From a virus, in IMG/VR virus record IMGVR_UViG_3300032331_001766, positions 1 to 64,000 of that record: a stretch of DNA of 64,000 nt. One strand, 5' to 3'. Shown here in pieces: positions 9,022-18,248 of the stretch (the first letter of the stretch is position 1; every line of letters begins with the position of its first letter). The translations under genes and the position numbers were made by a program. The notes beneath the pieces were generated by a model. The model was given only the letters and a program-made list of their open reading frames with translations, was not told the origin of the DNA and ran no database searches.

Positions 9022-9302
9022 TGTGGTCATATGTATTAGCAGCAATTGGAGTAACAGGCATATTCTTTGTTGGGCGGAAGACCATATGGGGATGGCTAAT
9101 CCTACTTACCAATGAATGTATCTGGATAGCATATGCTCTGGCTACAAAACAATATGGATTTATTCTAATGGCTACAGCTTATTCAGCAGTTTATATTAAA
9201 TCATTTATTGGATGGCGTAAAGAAGATCAAATACCTATAGTCTCACAATATGAGATGAATACACATGGACAGATAGATCATAGATATATTAGGATTGATT
9301 AA
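9021..9302 (+). CDS. small membrane protein, PnuC-like fragment
   Basis: 3 TM, GRKxxWGW...WIxYA...QYGF pattern; GGAGAGG RBS. Confidence 0.6.
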   Translation: MWSYVLAAIGVTGIFFVGRKTIWGWLILLTNECIWIAYALATKQYGFILMATAYSAVYIKSFIGWRKEDQIPIVSQYEMNTHGQIDHRYIRID

Positions 9303-9811
9303 TGAAAGCAATCAAGATTGATGAGAATGTTTATGAGATTAAAAACTTCTTAAACCATCATGAGATTACAGCAATAAGAGAATATCTGTCTAAGCTAAAA
9401 GAGCATGATTGGCTAGAGTCTAAAGATAACTGGAACAAAAGAATGGCACCATTGTCAGGCTATCCTTTAGATCAGATCAATAACAGATTTAACTCAATAT
9501 TTATAGATGGCAACATTGATGGATTCAGTATGGTGATAAGACACCTAACTGGTGATAGAATGAGTAGTCATAGGGATAATGGAAGCAACCCTACTATTAA
9601 TTGGGGCGCAGTCATATATTTAAATAATGATTACCTTGGCGGTGAGATCTATTATCCTGAATTAGATATAGTACATAAACCAGACCCAGGATCAATGTTA
9701 CTACACGGAGGAAGCGTAGAACACGGAGTCTATAAGGTAGAAGAAGGCATTAAGTATATTATGACTAACTTTATACATAATGGTTATATAGACCCTAATA
9801 TATTAAATTAG
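9302..9811 (+). CDS. 2OG-Fe(II) oxygenase
   Basis: HRD, YLNNDYLGGEIYYP, HGV, K. Confidence 0.9.
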   Translation: MKAIKIDENVYEIKNFLNHHEITAIREYLSKLKEHDWLESKDNWNKRMAPLSGYPLDQINNRFNSIFIDGNIDGFSMVIRHLTGDRMSSHRDNGSNPTINWGAVIYLNNDYLGGEIYYPELDIVHKPDPGSMLLHGGSVEHGVYKVEEGIKYIMTNFIHNGYIDPNILN

Positions 9812-9857
9812 CTCGCAATTAGTGAAGCGAAAAGTGCGGCGGTAGAGAGAAGGAAAA

Positions 9858-10037
9858 ATGTCAGTACCTGACACAACAACATGTCCCATATGCTATTGTA
9901 TAATCAATATGGAATTCATGTTTAGGCATATAGAATATCACCAGGAAGCAGGGGAAATAGCCCCACCAGAGCCAGAATATGATCCAGATATGGATGACCC
10001 ATTTGGTGATGGGAATCTGATCCACGAGGACTTTTAG
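9858..10037 (+). CDS. 59-aa C2H2 zinc-finger microprotein
   Basis: CPIC...HIEYH; AAGGA RBS; hand-translated. Confidence 0.6.
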   Translation: MSVPDTTTCPICYCIINMEFMFRHIEYHQEAGEIAPPEPEYDPDMDDPFGDGNLIHEDF

Positions 10038-10045
10038 GGGCGGAA

Positions 10046-10213
10046 ATGAGTAAACAGTATCTAGATTATATAAGGGAGAAAAATAAAAGAATGAAGTCTA
10101 TTTGTGCCCAATGTAAGAAAGAATATAAGGATAAAGAGTTAGATATAATGGCTATAGGCGAAAGGATATTCTTTGCTTGCCCTGAATGTATAGAGCAGTT
10201 GAGTAAGAAGTAA
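10046..10213 (+). CDS. 55-aa CxxC...CxxC microprotein
   Basis: CAQC/CPEC; hand-translated. Confidence 0.55.
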   Translation: MSKQYLDYIREKNKRMKSICAQCKKEYKDKELDIMAIGERIFFACPECIEQLSKK

Positions 10214-10227
10214 GGTATAATAGAATT

Positions 10228-10461
10228 ATGGATAACATTGAATTAACTGATGAAGAGATCTCAAAGACATATATCTCTGATGACGAGCATTTAGATAAAT
10301 GGAACAATATGGAGAAGGCTTGCTGGAGCGGATATAAGCAGGTTGGTATGAAAGATAAGAACGGTAAGAAAGTCCCTAATTGTGTGCCTGTAAATAAGGC
10401 AACGGGGGAACCAGAAGAAGTTAAATCCTGGGACGGTATCTTTAGACCTAGGAAGAAGTAA
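10228..10461 (+). CDS. hypothetical protein with CWxGY...VPNCVP motif
   Basis: Leaderless after TATAAT; motif recalled from other phage proteins. Confidence 0.7.
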   Translation: MDNIELTDEEISKTYISDDEHLDKWNNMEKACWSGYKQVGMKDKNGKKVPNCVPVNKATGEPEEVKSWDGIFRPRKK

Positions 10462-10462
10462 T

Positions 10463-10630
10463 ATGGGTATACTAGATAACCTAGAAGCCTATATAGACAT
10501 TGATCCAAAAGACGAGAAATGTCACTATTGCACACATAAGGCTAAATACACAGATGTTGCTGAAATAGCTAAACAAGGCTATGCAGTCATAGGTGTATGT
10601 CAATGCCACTATGTGCAAGATGTAAGTTAA
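10463..10630 (+). CDS. 55-aa CxxC...CxCH microprotein
   Basis: Hand-translated. Confidence 0.55.
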   Translation: MGILDNLEAYIDIDPKDEKCHYCTHKAKYTDVAEIAKQGYAVIGVCQCHYVQDVS

Positions 10631-10642
10631 GGCGGGAACAAA

Positions 10643-10825
10643 ATGATAACTTTATTACTAATAGCCATTACATGGTATATAACTAAGCTATATTACACAA
10701 GGTCATTTACCCTTGATATAGAACAATCTGATCTAATTAAAGCAACATGTGCTAAGTGTGCTCGATCAGGATATATTAGTCCAGATAACCTACGTGCTCC
10801 ATACTACTGCATCTCCTGTAAATAG
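10643..10825 (+). CDS. TM-anchored CxxC...CxxC protein
   Basis: ORF; AGGCGGG upstream. Confidence 0.65.
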   Translation: MITLLLIAITWYITKLYYTRSFTLDIEQSDLIKATCAKCARSGYISPDNLRAPYYCISCK

Positions 10826-11389
10826 AGCACAAAAGCACTTAACTCCTATATCCCCCCGCATTTAAACATGCCTTAGAAAGCCTCACAAGGCTTTATTTGA
10901 CCCATTCTAGAGAAGATCTACCATATGAATGACTATTAATTCATGTCCAATTACTATCTATTTGTCGACATAAAGATATATGTGTAATTGAGCGAGTTCC
11001 CTTATGCTCCATTTAGCTCCACTCTGCACCACTTTAGACATGCATGCATATTTGGAGAGAATTGTCAATGATATTGTCGACATTTGCTCCAGAATATGGC
11101 AGAAATTTTGACTAAATTCCTGGACATTCTGCACAATTTTGTCTAATATGTATATGATTCTATATAGATTTGTCGACATTTCTATGCAAATTTCAGGGAT
11201 TTTGTCAAGCCCTTCGTAAATAGAAAAATTCGCCCACAATTTCAGGGATTTTTTTTGATCTGTCGTAAATAGAAAATTTGGCCCTCATTCCCACACATAC
11301 AAAAAATCCACAGGCTGTGGAAAACCTGTGGATAATTTGGGCTACATATGTTTATCTATATAGCTCTTAGCATTCTCTTCTCATATATG
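10826..11389. other. non-coding convergence region with repeats and DnaA boxes
   Basis: 3x TTGTCGACAT, tandem 49-bp repeat 11188-11284, DnaA-like boxes 11304-11335. Confidence 0.7.
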
Positions 11390-11737
11390 CTATTTAAATG
11401 GATTAGATTCTTCCTTCCAACCAAAGGTTGAATTTCTAATCGGTTCCGCCCGTTTTACTTTATAAGTATCACGATTAGGAAGTTTGATTGAGTCGAAGGT
11501 ATGTCTATCTTGTAGTATCTTGATGTAATTGTTTAGTTCTTTAGCGAGGGCTACGCCTTCGCTCTCTACTTCTCTTACTGAGATAGTTCTGATGATTTGA
11601 GCAACCATTTCCATTACTCTGTCCATTGTGTAGATAGGCTGGTTTGAGAGTAGTCTTGCAATAACCGCTGGATTAAACCAATGGCTTTCAACTGCGTTAG
11701 CGATGTCATCTGCCAACTTTTGTTCTACTGATTTCAT
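11390..11737 (-). CDS. hypothetical protein
   Basis: ORF; likely start MKSVEQK after AAGGCGGA. Confidence 0.7.
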   Translation of the reverse strand: MKSVEQKLADDIANAVESHWFNPAVIARLLSNQPIYTMDRVMEMVAQIIRTISVREVESEGVALAKELNNYIKILQDRHTFDSIKLPNRDTYKVKRAEPIRNSTFGWKEESNPFK

Positions 11738-11834
11738 TTGTCCGCCTTCCGCCTTGGTAACTACTGATTGTATCAAAAAATGTGGGGAAGGTCAATAACT
11801 GCAATGCCCTTGACCCTCCCCAACCCTATTGGAT

Positions 11835-11981
11835 CTACTTCTTTGCGTTAGGTGTTTCTGCAGTGAAGGTTACGCCCTTTTGGACTGCCTCCTGCAATGC
11901 GACCTTAGCTGCTCCTGAGAAGCGACCACGTGCACCAACTGTGATGCCTTGCTGCTTTAGATATTCACGCTTTGTTGTCAT
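11835..11981 (-). CDS. Lsr2 DNA-binding-domain-only protein (48 aa)
   Basis: MTTKREYLKQQGITVGARGRFSGAAK resembles Lsr2 C-domain (RExxxxxGxxVxxRGR); GAAAGG RBS, TTTACA..TGCTATAAT promoter. Confidence 0.75.
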   Translation of the reverse strand: MTTKREYLKQQGITVGARGRFSGAAKVALQEAVQKGVTFTAETPNAKK

Positions 11982-12074
11982 TTTATATCCTTTCAAGATA
12001 TGGTTTGAGTTAATTATAGCAACTTTTCACGGGATTGTAAATAGCTACCGTAAGCCAATTTTTTGGCCCCTATA

Positions 12075-12233
12075 TTAAATTGTCTTTGCTAGCTTATCTT
12101 TAATTAGTTTTTGCTTTTCTCGCCATTTCTGCCAATGATTAATCCATTTGATCTCTACATCGACTTCTGGAGGACATTCAACAACTGTCGCTACTCCTCC
12201 AACTAATTCAATTACTACTTTATACTGAGCCAT
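12075..12233 (-). CDS. 52-aa hypothetical
   Basis: Hand-translated MAQYKVVIELVGGVA... Confidence 0.55.
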   Translation of the reverse strand: MAQYKVVIELVGGVATVVECPPEVDVEIKWINHWQKWREKQKLIKDKLAKTI

Positions 12234-12360
12234 GTACATCTATTCTATCTTTAATTAACTTAGAGATAATGTTATGTGCCTCAATGTTTTCTGTTTCGGA
12301 CCCACCCCAAAGGAGCTTTTGTGCTGTATTCAATTGATCATTGATGTACTTGTCACTCAT
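12220..12360 (-). CDS. 46-aa hypothetical
   Basis: Hand-translated MSDKYINDQLNTAQKLLWGG... Confidence 0.55.
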   Translation of the reverse strand: MSDKYINDQLNTAQKLLWGGSETENIEAHNIISKLIKDRIDVHGSV

Positions 12361-12691
12361 CTTCATCTTCGTCCTCATCTTCTTCATCCTCTAGGTCGTC
12401 AATACTTTTGACGTGACCTTTTTCAACCAGGTAATCCATAATTAGTTCATCTAATGTTTCGGGACCAAACTCTATTGTAAATCCTGGGTGGAAGGAATCT
12501 GATAGATAACTCACAAGGATGTCATCTAATGGATTAACTATGATGTACTCACTCAAATCAATCTGTGTGATGTAATCATAAAACCACCAGTCAATTAAAC
12601 TTGGTCGACCAAACTCTTTTGTATATCTAGTTAGTTTGCCATTGATTTCTGCAATCATGGCTCCTGCTTCATATGCCCGTGCTTTATCCAT
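12353..12691 (-). CDS. acidic hypothetical protein
   Basis: GGAG RBS before MDKARAY; poly-D/E tail. Confidence 0.7.
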   Translation of the reverse strand: MDKARAYEAGAMIAEINGKLTRYTKEFGRPSLIDWWFYDYITQIDLSEYIIVNPLDDILVSYLSDSFHPGFTIEFGPETLDELIMDYLVEKGHVKSIDDLEDEEDEDEDEDE

Positions 12692-12962
12692 TGTCCCGTG
12701 CTCCAATCGCAAACGATAGTTGATATGTTAGTTCATACAGCGCTACCAAGGCGTCTAGGTGCCCTTCACATTCTGTGCGGACCATAGAGTCCATTGCCTC
12801 TTCGGTTTCTTCTTCACGTACAATTGCGTCTGCAAGTTCTTGCTCGGCAATTAGCATTAGGTTTTTTAGTTCACCGTGGATAATGTCAAGGCCTGAGACC
12901 CCAGCATTAACCATACGTTGTAAATGGGGCGGGAGCCCAATATCTTCTGCAGTCATATTCAT
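12684..12962 (-). CDS. hypothetical protein
   Basis: CAACGAAAGGG RBS, own TGTCAG promoter. Confidence 0.75.
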   Translation of the reverse strand: MNMTAEDIGLPPHLQRMVNAGVSGLDIIHGELKNLMLIAEQELADAIVREEETEEAMDSMVRTECEGHLDALVALYELTYQLSFAIGARDNG

Positions 12963-13279
12963 TAGTATACCCTTTCGTTGTCATTCATTATATCAGTTGC
13001 CACTGACAATATATGCTCTAGTGCATTTATAGCACCTTCATAATAAGCATCTGACTCATAGTACTCATCTTCTTGAATAGGGATGTCATTGTTAGCATCT
13101 TCCATATCTTGGATTAGAGATAACCTGTGAAGTTTAATATATTCTAGGAACGTAGAAGACTTTGTTTCTATTTTATTATATTCCTCTTGGTCACATTTAT
13201 AGCATGTAACATTTTCATCCTCCGTATAAAGCATTCCTGCCCCACAGGAGGCACACCATGATTGGTCACGCATTCCCAT
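12962..13279 (-). CDS. CxxC...CxxC hypothetical protein
   Basis: TAATG-coupled ORF. Confidence 0.7.
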   Translation of the reverse strand: MGMRDQSWCASCGAGMLYTEDENVTCYKCDQEEYNKIETKSSTFLEYIKLHRLSLIQDMEDANNDIPIQEDEYYESDAYYEGAINALEHILSVATDIMNDNERVY

Positions 13280-13455
13280 TAGTCAAAATACCCTTCTGCC
13301 CATAGTCCTTGAAGAAAGTCATTTGTCTTTAACAAACCTTCAACTAAGGGGTCCTTGTCTATTTGTTCCACATCTGATTTTAAGATATAAAACAATTTAG
13401 CATCGTGCACGGCATTAGACATCTGATCGATGTCATCTTTAGTGTAACCTAACAT
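13279..13455 (-). CDS. 58-aa hypothetical
   Basis: GGAGG RBS; MLGYTKDDIDQM...; TAATG coupling. Confidence 0.6.
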   Translation of the reverse strand: MLGYTKDDIDQMSNAVHDAKLFYILKSDVEQIDKDPLVEGLLKTNDFLQGLWAEGYFD

Positions 13456-13591
13456 TCTATTGCCTCCATGTATTTAATCATAGTGTTGAGTGTTATGTGA
13501 ATATAACAATCACAATCATCTGATGTGTCTCTGTCATCAAAATGTGCCAAGTTGTCATCATACATATAATCAATTAGTTCCTGTGTAGTAA

Positions 13592-13819
13592 TCATTCTTC
13601 CTCACATTCTAAATAGTATTGGTCGCCTGCTTTTAAATCATAGAACTGATTAAATCTACCTTTTAAGTAATTGTTATCTGACATTTCTGCAAATCTAAAA
13701 TCTGCAAATAGTTGGCCTTCATCTAAATTAGAATTAACCCAATCCTCCACTAGCATTTCGCCAATCTCAGAATATGTAGCATCTATTACCATTTGGTTTT
13801 CATTTTCCAAGAAACTCAT
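13592..13819 (-). CDS. acidic hypothetical protein
   Basis: GGAGG RBS. Confidence 0.7.
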   Translation of the reverse strand: MSFLENENQMVIDATYSEIGEMLVEDWVNSNLDEGQLFADFRFAEMSDNNYLKGRFNQFYDLKAGDQYYLECEEE

Positions 13820-14567
13820 TTACCTCCGCCTTTCTATACTCAGGTACTTTGGTTTCCAAGTATACACTGTGGGTCTGACATTTTGCTACCTCTTCAAGGT
13901 CTGCCTCGCCAAGCCAGTTGCAGTTGCCACAGATTTGACCGCAGTCTGCTTCTTCGCAATACTCCATTTGATTAGTTGCATCGCAATCACGGCACATGTT
14001 ATCGTATTCTGATTCTGAGATAACTTCTCCACGGAGCATCTCCAACTCCCCACCCCAGCCTGTTTCTTCCTCATAAGATAAAGTCATAAGTAAACTAGGA
14101 TACTGTGCAGATAGTTTAAGTAAAGCAGACATTGGTCGGGACCAAGCAGTATTAAAGTTATAATGAACTACATGGTTTTCGCCATTAGCAGTTTCCTCGT
14201 AATGAGTATCAGTATAGGCATCATTGTCAGATACAGCCACATCCCATTTGGTGCCCCACTCACGGACATTAAAGTTATACCAGTCATTGGTATCAAACTT
14301 CATGAAATCAGCAAATGTTTGGTCGGCGGAACGGACAGGCTGAGAAAGATACTCTTCCTCAGTAATACCTGCATCTAGATAAGAATAGATATTATGAAAA
14401 GCAAACACAGGATTAGGATAAGTTGTTAATTTCTTTTCCATTTGTCCAGTTTCCATGTTCCATGAATCATGGACCATTTTGAATGGCTTATTCATTTGTT
14501 CCATAAGAGATTTAACTTGCTCAGGATTTCCCTCGATAGTTAAACCGTTGTATACCCAATTTGGCAT
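13800..14567 (-). CDS. DUF1281/YubB ferredoxin-like-fold protein with Cys-rich C-terminus
   Basis: MPNWxxN, WYxxxxxxWGTKWD, FxTAWSxP motifs; CAACGAAAGG RBS. Confidence 0.75.
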   Translation of the reverse strand: MPNWVYNGLTIEGNPEQVKSLMEQMNKPFKMVHDSWNMETGQMEKKLTTYPNPVFAFHNIYSYLDAGITEEEYLSQPVRSADQTFADFMKFDTNDWYNFNVREWGTKWDVAVSDNDAYTDTHYEETANGENHVVHYNFNTAWSRPMSALLKLSAQYPSLLMTLSYEEETGWGGELEMLRGEVISESEYDNMCRDCDATNQMEYCEEADCGQICGNCNWLGEADLEEVAKCQTHSVYLETKVPEYRKAEVNEFLGK

Positions 14568-14747
14568 TTTATATCCTTTCGTTGATATGTTCCAATTATA
14601 CAATGGACCACTGACATTTGGGAAGAGTATATTGGTGTGTTCCACACCACATTTCCCAGCTTTGTGGTCAAGATCACAGAAATTCAGGGCATTTTATATT
14701 GATCTCGTAAACAACATATGCTACCCTCATCCCTTGCGGGCAATAGT

Positions 14748-14865
14748 AATCCCCCCAGGCACCGCTCCTAGGGGGATTTATATAAAGGCTGCTAGGGTAA
14801 CCAACGAAAGTAAATACCCTGCGTTATTTAACGACTGGCTGAACAGCTAAGTAGCCGCACCTTTA
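14748..14865 (-). ncRNA. candidate structured RNA plus terminator hairpin
   Basis: Stems GCGGCT/AGTCGT and AGGGTA/TACCCT, loop-tail pairing GCTGTT/AGCAGC, hairpin AATCCCCCTAGG/CCTGGGGGGATT. Confidence 0.45.
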
Positions 14866-14874
14866 ATTGTTTAG

Positions 14875-15243
14875 TTATACTTTTTCCAGGGCCCTGACAT
14901 ACTTATGACAGAATTCAGAGATACCCATAGTAAACACTTCTGTAGTAAGGTCCTCTTCCATCAAGGTCATTGTCTTGGCCTCCCAGTTGATTACAGGAAT
15001 CTTGTGCTCGTTATCATCAATTCGATTAATGCTTAAGCCCCAGCCTGTTATTTGTTTCCACTCATCTCCAATTAGATTAGAGATAGCAATACGTGTTGCA
15101 TATGATGGGTCCGACCATCTAGACTCTGCTGCTAGCACGGCATGCGCTAAGTTGTTTAGCATGTCATAGCCAGCCCAATGTCCATACAGGTACAACGTGT
15201 CCCCGTTGTTTTGCTTGAATCCGAAGTTTGCTCTATCTCCCAT
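14875..15243 (-). CDS. conserved-type phage hypothetical (YLYGHWAG)
   Basis: TAATG-coupled ORF. Confidence 0.75.
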   Translation of the reverse strand: MGDRANFGFKQNNGDTLYLYGHWAGYDMLNNLAHAVLAAESRWSDPSYATRIAISNLIGDEWKQITGWGLSINRIDDNEHKIPVINWEAKTMTLMEEDLTTEVFTMGISEFCHKYVRALEKV

Positions 15244-15479
15244 TACATTTCCGCCGTTTCTAGTTGAGGTACGTCTTCTTCTATTTTGTTTAATTCTATC
15301 ACTTCATAAGAAACCTTGTCAAGGCCTGTCTTGCTTGCGTTGTAGTGGTGCCCGCAAAAGAATAGTTCTCCTTCTACAAGCTTAACTAAATACATAGCTT
15401 GAGCTGTACCGCATTGATCACAGCCAATCCATCTTGTTAGATCTTCGCTAGTCATTTGATTTAAATCCTCCGCCTTCAA
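15243..15479 (-). CDS. CxxC...CGHH zinc-binding protein
   Basis: CDQC, FCGHH; start may be internal MTSEDL. Confidence 0.7.
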   Translation of the reverse strand: MKAEDLNQMTSEDLTRWIGCDQCGTAQAMYLVKLVEGELFFCGHHYNASKTGLDKVSYEVIELNKIEEDVPQLETAEM

Positions 15480-15614
15480 TCATGTCTGCAAGTCTATCTA
15501 ATAACCAGGTATCTATGTCTGCAATATCGATTTCTCTTAATTGTTCTATTAGTTCCTCACGAGCAAACTTATAGCCATCATCAAAACCATCTTTATAATC
15601 TGACATATTCTCTC

Positions 15615-15818
15615 CTAGTAACCTGTTGCTTCTTTATCTGACCAGTATGACTCCGTTAAGTTATACTTATCACGAATGCGTGACACTTTCTCAATACTAC
15701 CAGTTCCAATATTGAAAGTCAACGCTGACATTGCTTCAGGGTCCAGCCCTGTAATTTCTGCATCCCAATATGCTCTCTGCATCGAGAGCACATCGGGAGC
15801 GGTAAGTTCAAAATACAT
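15615..15818 (-). CDS. hypothetical protein
   Basis: GGAG RBS, TAATG coupling. Confidence 0.7.
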   Translation of the reverse strand: MYFELTAPDVLSMQRAYWDAEITGLDPEAMSALTFNIGTGSIEKVSRIRDKYNLTESYWSDKEATGY

Positions 15819-16486
15819 TAGTTCTCCCTAACGTTAGTAACTTCAGTATCAGAAACTTCAATGTTACCGTGTTGTGATTCAACATATAAGTTGTCGTAGA
15901 TTTCTGATTCTACATCTACATCGCCTTCAAGCAAATCAACTGTAATAGTTCCGCTAACTTCAATTGTTGCAGACCATTCAATCTCTTTAACTAGAGGAAT
16001 GTCTAGCGCTTCAGCAATTGCACGTAGTGTATCTTGGTCATCTGAATCAGCGTAAGCCTCAGAAATAATATCTTTAACTGTGCCAATCTTATTGTTTAAG
16101 ACGCCGTTTGTTTTTTGTGCTTGACGTGCATTGTGCAAATCCCATTCGAGGGATGCAACCTTGGCAGTTGCATATTCAGGGTCAGAGTATCCGTGGATAA
16201 TCTTATATGTAACTAATTGATTAGGATTGTACTCCACTGCAGGTGAGTGTGTGGCATCTGAGCCAATTGTTGATTCTTCCATTTTTTCCTCTTTCGTTTG
16301 GTTTGAAGGTGCAATTGTAGCATGCTCCACTGACAACAAGGTGGTCTTGCGTCCACATGGACATGTGAGTTCTGTCACACCTGATGGGAATCCAAACCCG
16401 TCAGATGATGTTAGTTCTATTAGGCAATCACATTCATCTGGGTCGCAAACAAATGTATATTTACTTGATATGAGTTCGTTGGTCAT
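15818..16486 (-). CDS. hypothetical protein with Cys-rich N-domain; probable second in-frame start MEESTIG
   Basis: Leaderless ATG after TACAAT; internal promoter and GAGGA RBS. Confidence 0.7.
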   Translation of the reverse strand: MTNELISSKYTFVCDPDECDCLIELTSSDGFGFPSGVTELTCPCGRKTTLLSVEHATIAPSNQTKEEKMEESTIGSDATHSPAVEYNPNQLVTYKIIHGYSDPEYATAKVASLEWDLHNARQAQKTNGVLNNKIGTVKDIISEAYADSDDQDTLRAIAEALDIPLVKEIEWSATIEVSGTITVDLLEGDVDVESEIYDNLYVESQHGNIEVSDTEVTNVREN

Positions 16487-16592
16487 AGAGAGAATTGTAC
16501 CAGGGCCCACTGACAAATGTCTATAGTTTCCAGGGCTTTTTTTATATTAGCCGTAACGCAGTTTTGCTGCCTTCACCTTTGGGGGCGCTTTG

Positions 16593-16666
16593 CGATCCAT
16601 AACAGACTTGAACTGTCGACCTCTACCGTGACAGGGTAGCGCTCTAACCAACTGAGCTAATGGACC
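16593..16666 (-). tRNA. tRNA-Asp(GTC)
   Basis: GGTCCAT/ATGGATC acceptor, CTACC-CTGTCAC-GGTAG anticodon arm, TTCAAGT T-loop. Confidence 0.93.
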
Positions 16667-16713
16667 AAGAAAAAATGTGAGCAGTTTTAAATCATGCTCA
16701 GGATTTTTTTTAT

Positions 16714-17721
16714 TTAGAAAGCAGAAACCAATTTCTTGATTTTGTTTTTCTCAGCGGTAAGAATTGGGTCAAAGCCCGATGCACCAGCCATAAGCGATTC
16801 AGCATTACCACGTGATGAGCGATAATAATCTAGGCGTTCAGTAAGCGCATTAAATGCACCCCACTTTGTGCCCTTGATTGTAGCATTGGTTGGTGAGTTA
16901 TGATAAAGGTCATCAAGTAGAACAACCTTATTCTCCCACTTAGTTAGCGCAACCTTTGAAGCATCATCGGCAGGCTTTGGATAGATTGTTTTAATCAACT
17001 TAGAGAATTCGGCATCAGTAATTGACTGAGCGAACAAAGCCTTAGCCTCAGTTTCGAATTCGTCAAAGTATCCAAGAGCAAGACCAAGAGTCTCACGTGC
17101 AACTTGGATGCGACCTTCAACAGATTGCGTGTGACGAATTTTGAAAGATTGCTTTGCATTACGCATTGCAAGATTCAAAGTGTTTTGGCATACAACACGA
17201 ACAGGAGTAACCGCTGCCTGAACAGCAACAGAACCATCGTGTGATGTCCATACGATTAGATAAAGTTTAGTTTCATCATTGGCGCCTTGTGGGTCAAGAA
17301 CCATTGTGCGAGGGATGTCTACTGTACCGAATACCACTTTGCCCTTTTTTAATGAGCCAGCAGATTCCCAGCGACAGTTAGCATCTGCATCGTGAATAGC
17401 ATCCGCAAAAGCGAATAACTCTTCATTCTGCACAGGCTTGTAACGCTTGCCAACAGTGGCAAGAACATCGGTGCCTTTGTTAAATGGGTTGTCACGAATG
17501 ACAAGAGATGCGGTAGATACATCATTCCATGATTCTGGAATGTGCTCGGTGATTGGAGACAAGCGAACATTCCAATTAGATAACTTTGCTTCATCAAGCA
17601 TTGTTTGTGTTGTAACTTCTTCATCTGCTGAGAAGATACGATTGGCAAGATTATGCCATGCAGGTGCACCACGAAGAGCAAAAGCAACTTCGCCGTTTTC
17701 CATTTCTAGATTATGAGCCAT
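16714..17721 (-). CDS. DUF932 (phage/plasmid TIGR03299-like) protein
   Basis: MAHNLE..AWHxL, YKPVQNxE, SHDGS, PVRVVCQNTL, IRHT. Confidence 0.88.
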   Translation of the reverse strand: MAHNLEMENGEVAFALRGAPAWHNLANRIFSADEEVTTQTMLDEAKLSNWNVRLSPITEHIPESWNDVSTASLVIRDNPFNKGTDVLATVGKRYKPVQNEELFAFADAIHDADANCRWESAGSLKKGKVVFGTVDIPRTMVLDPQGANDETKLYLIVWTSHDGSVAVQAAVTPVRVVCQNTLNLAMRNAKQSFKIRHTQSVEGRIQVARETLGLALGYFDEFETEAKALFAQSITDAEFSKLIKTIYPKPADDASKVALTKWENKVVLLDDLYHNSPTNATIKGTKWGAFNALTERLDYYRSSRGNAESLMAGASGFDPILTAEKNKIKKLVSAF

Positions 17722-17840
17722 TTTTATTTCCTTTCGATTGGTTGATGTTGCAAGTATAACAGGAGGGACTGACATTATCAAGAGTTAAAGATAAGATGTC
17801 CGAATTATGCCATGTGATCAATCTCACAATTTTTCGGGCG

Positions 17841-17872
17841 TTTTCCACAGGCAGCCGTAAGGCTGTGGATAA
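17841..17872. promoter_or_regulatory. inverted DnaA-box pair
   Basis: TTTTCCACA-N14-TGTGGATAA. Confidence 0.7.
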
Positions 17873-17922
17873 CCCCTCACATTTGGGGGCTGCTCCCTGG
17901 ATCTACCAGGGAGCGGCACCTC

Positions 17923-18177
17923 TTAAACGAAGAGCTTCGAAGGATAACTCATTTTGGATTTAATCGATTGAACTGTTTCCATTGGTAGAAACATCGCTGC
18001 AGTCTTCTTCTTTTTTAAAGTATCAAACACGTATGCATGTACTGTTGTATTAAAGTTGCGGATGTTACCAAACACATACTCGGAAAGTAATTCTCTATCA
18101 ACATTGTTATCAGCAAAAATAGTTAAATCATTTGCTTTGATGTCATCATAGATTTCTATTCTGAATCTGTTTTTCAT
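17923..18177 (-). CDS. hypothetical protein
   Basis: AAAGG RBS. Confidence 0.7.
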   Translation of the reverse strand: MKNRFRIEIYDDIKANDLTIFADNNVDRELLSEYVFGNIRNFNTTVHAYVFDTLKKKKTAAMFLPMETVQSIKSKMSYPSKLFV

Positions 18178-18248
18178 TTGTTGCCTTTGTTAGAAGGGAC
18201 ACCCGAAGGTGTGAGCAGTTTGGCGACATACTCAGGTCGTTGGATTAC

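Noticed and set aside
10958-11239. 93-aa minus ORF in the repeat region
   Set aside because: No RBS, runs through DNA repeats, and has atypical composition.
11782-12078. 98-aa plus-strand ORF
   Set aside because: Antisense shadow of the Lsr2-like gene, which has the promoter and RBS.
14790-14865. Pistol ribozyme (stem + UAAAU + pseudoknot resemblance)
   Set aside because: Could not identify the downstream GCG/P3/GU cleavage-site elements; kept only as an unclassified RNA candidate.
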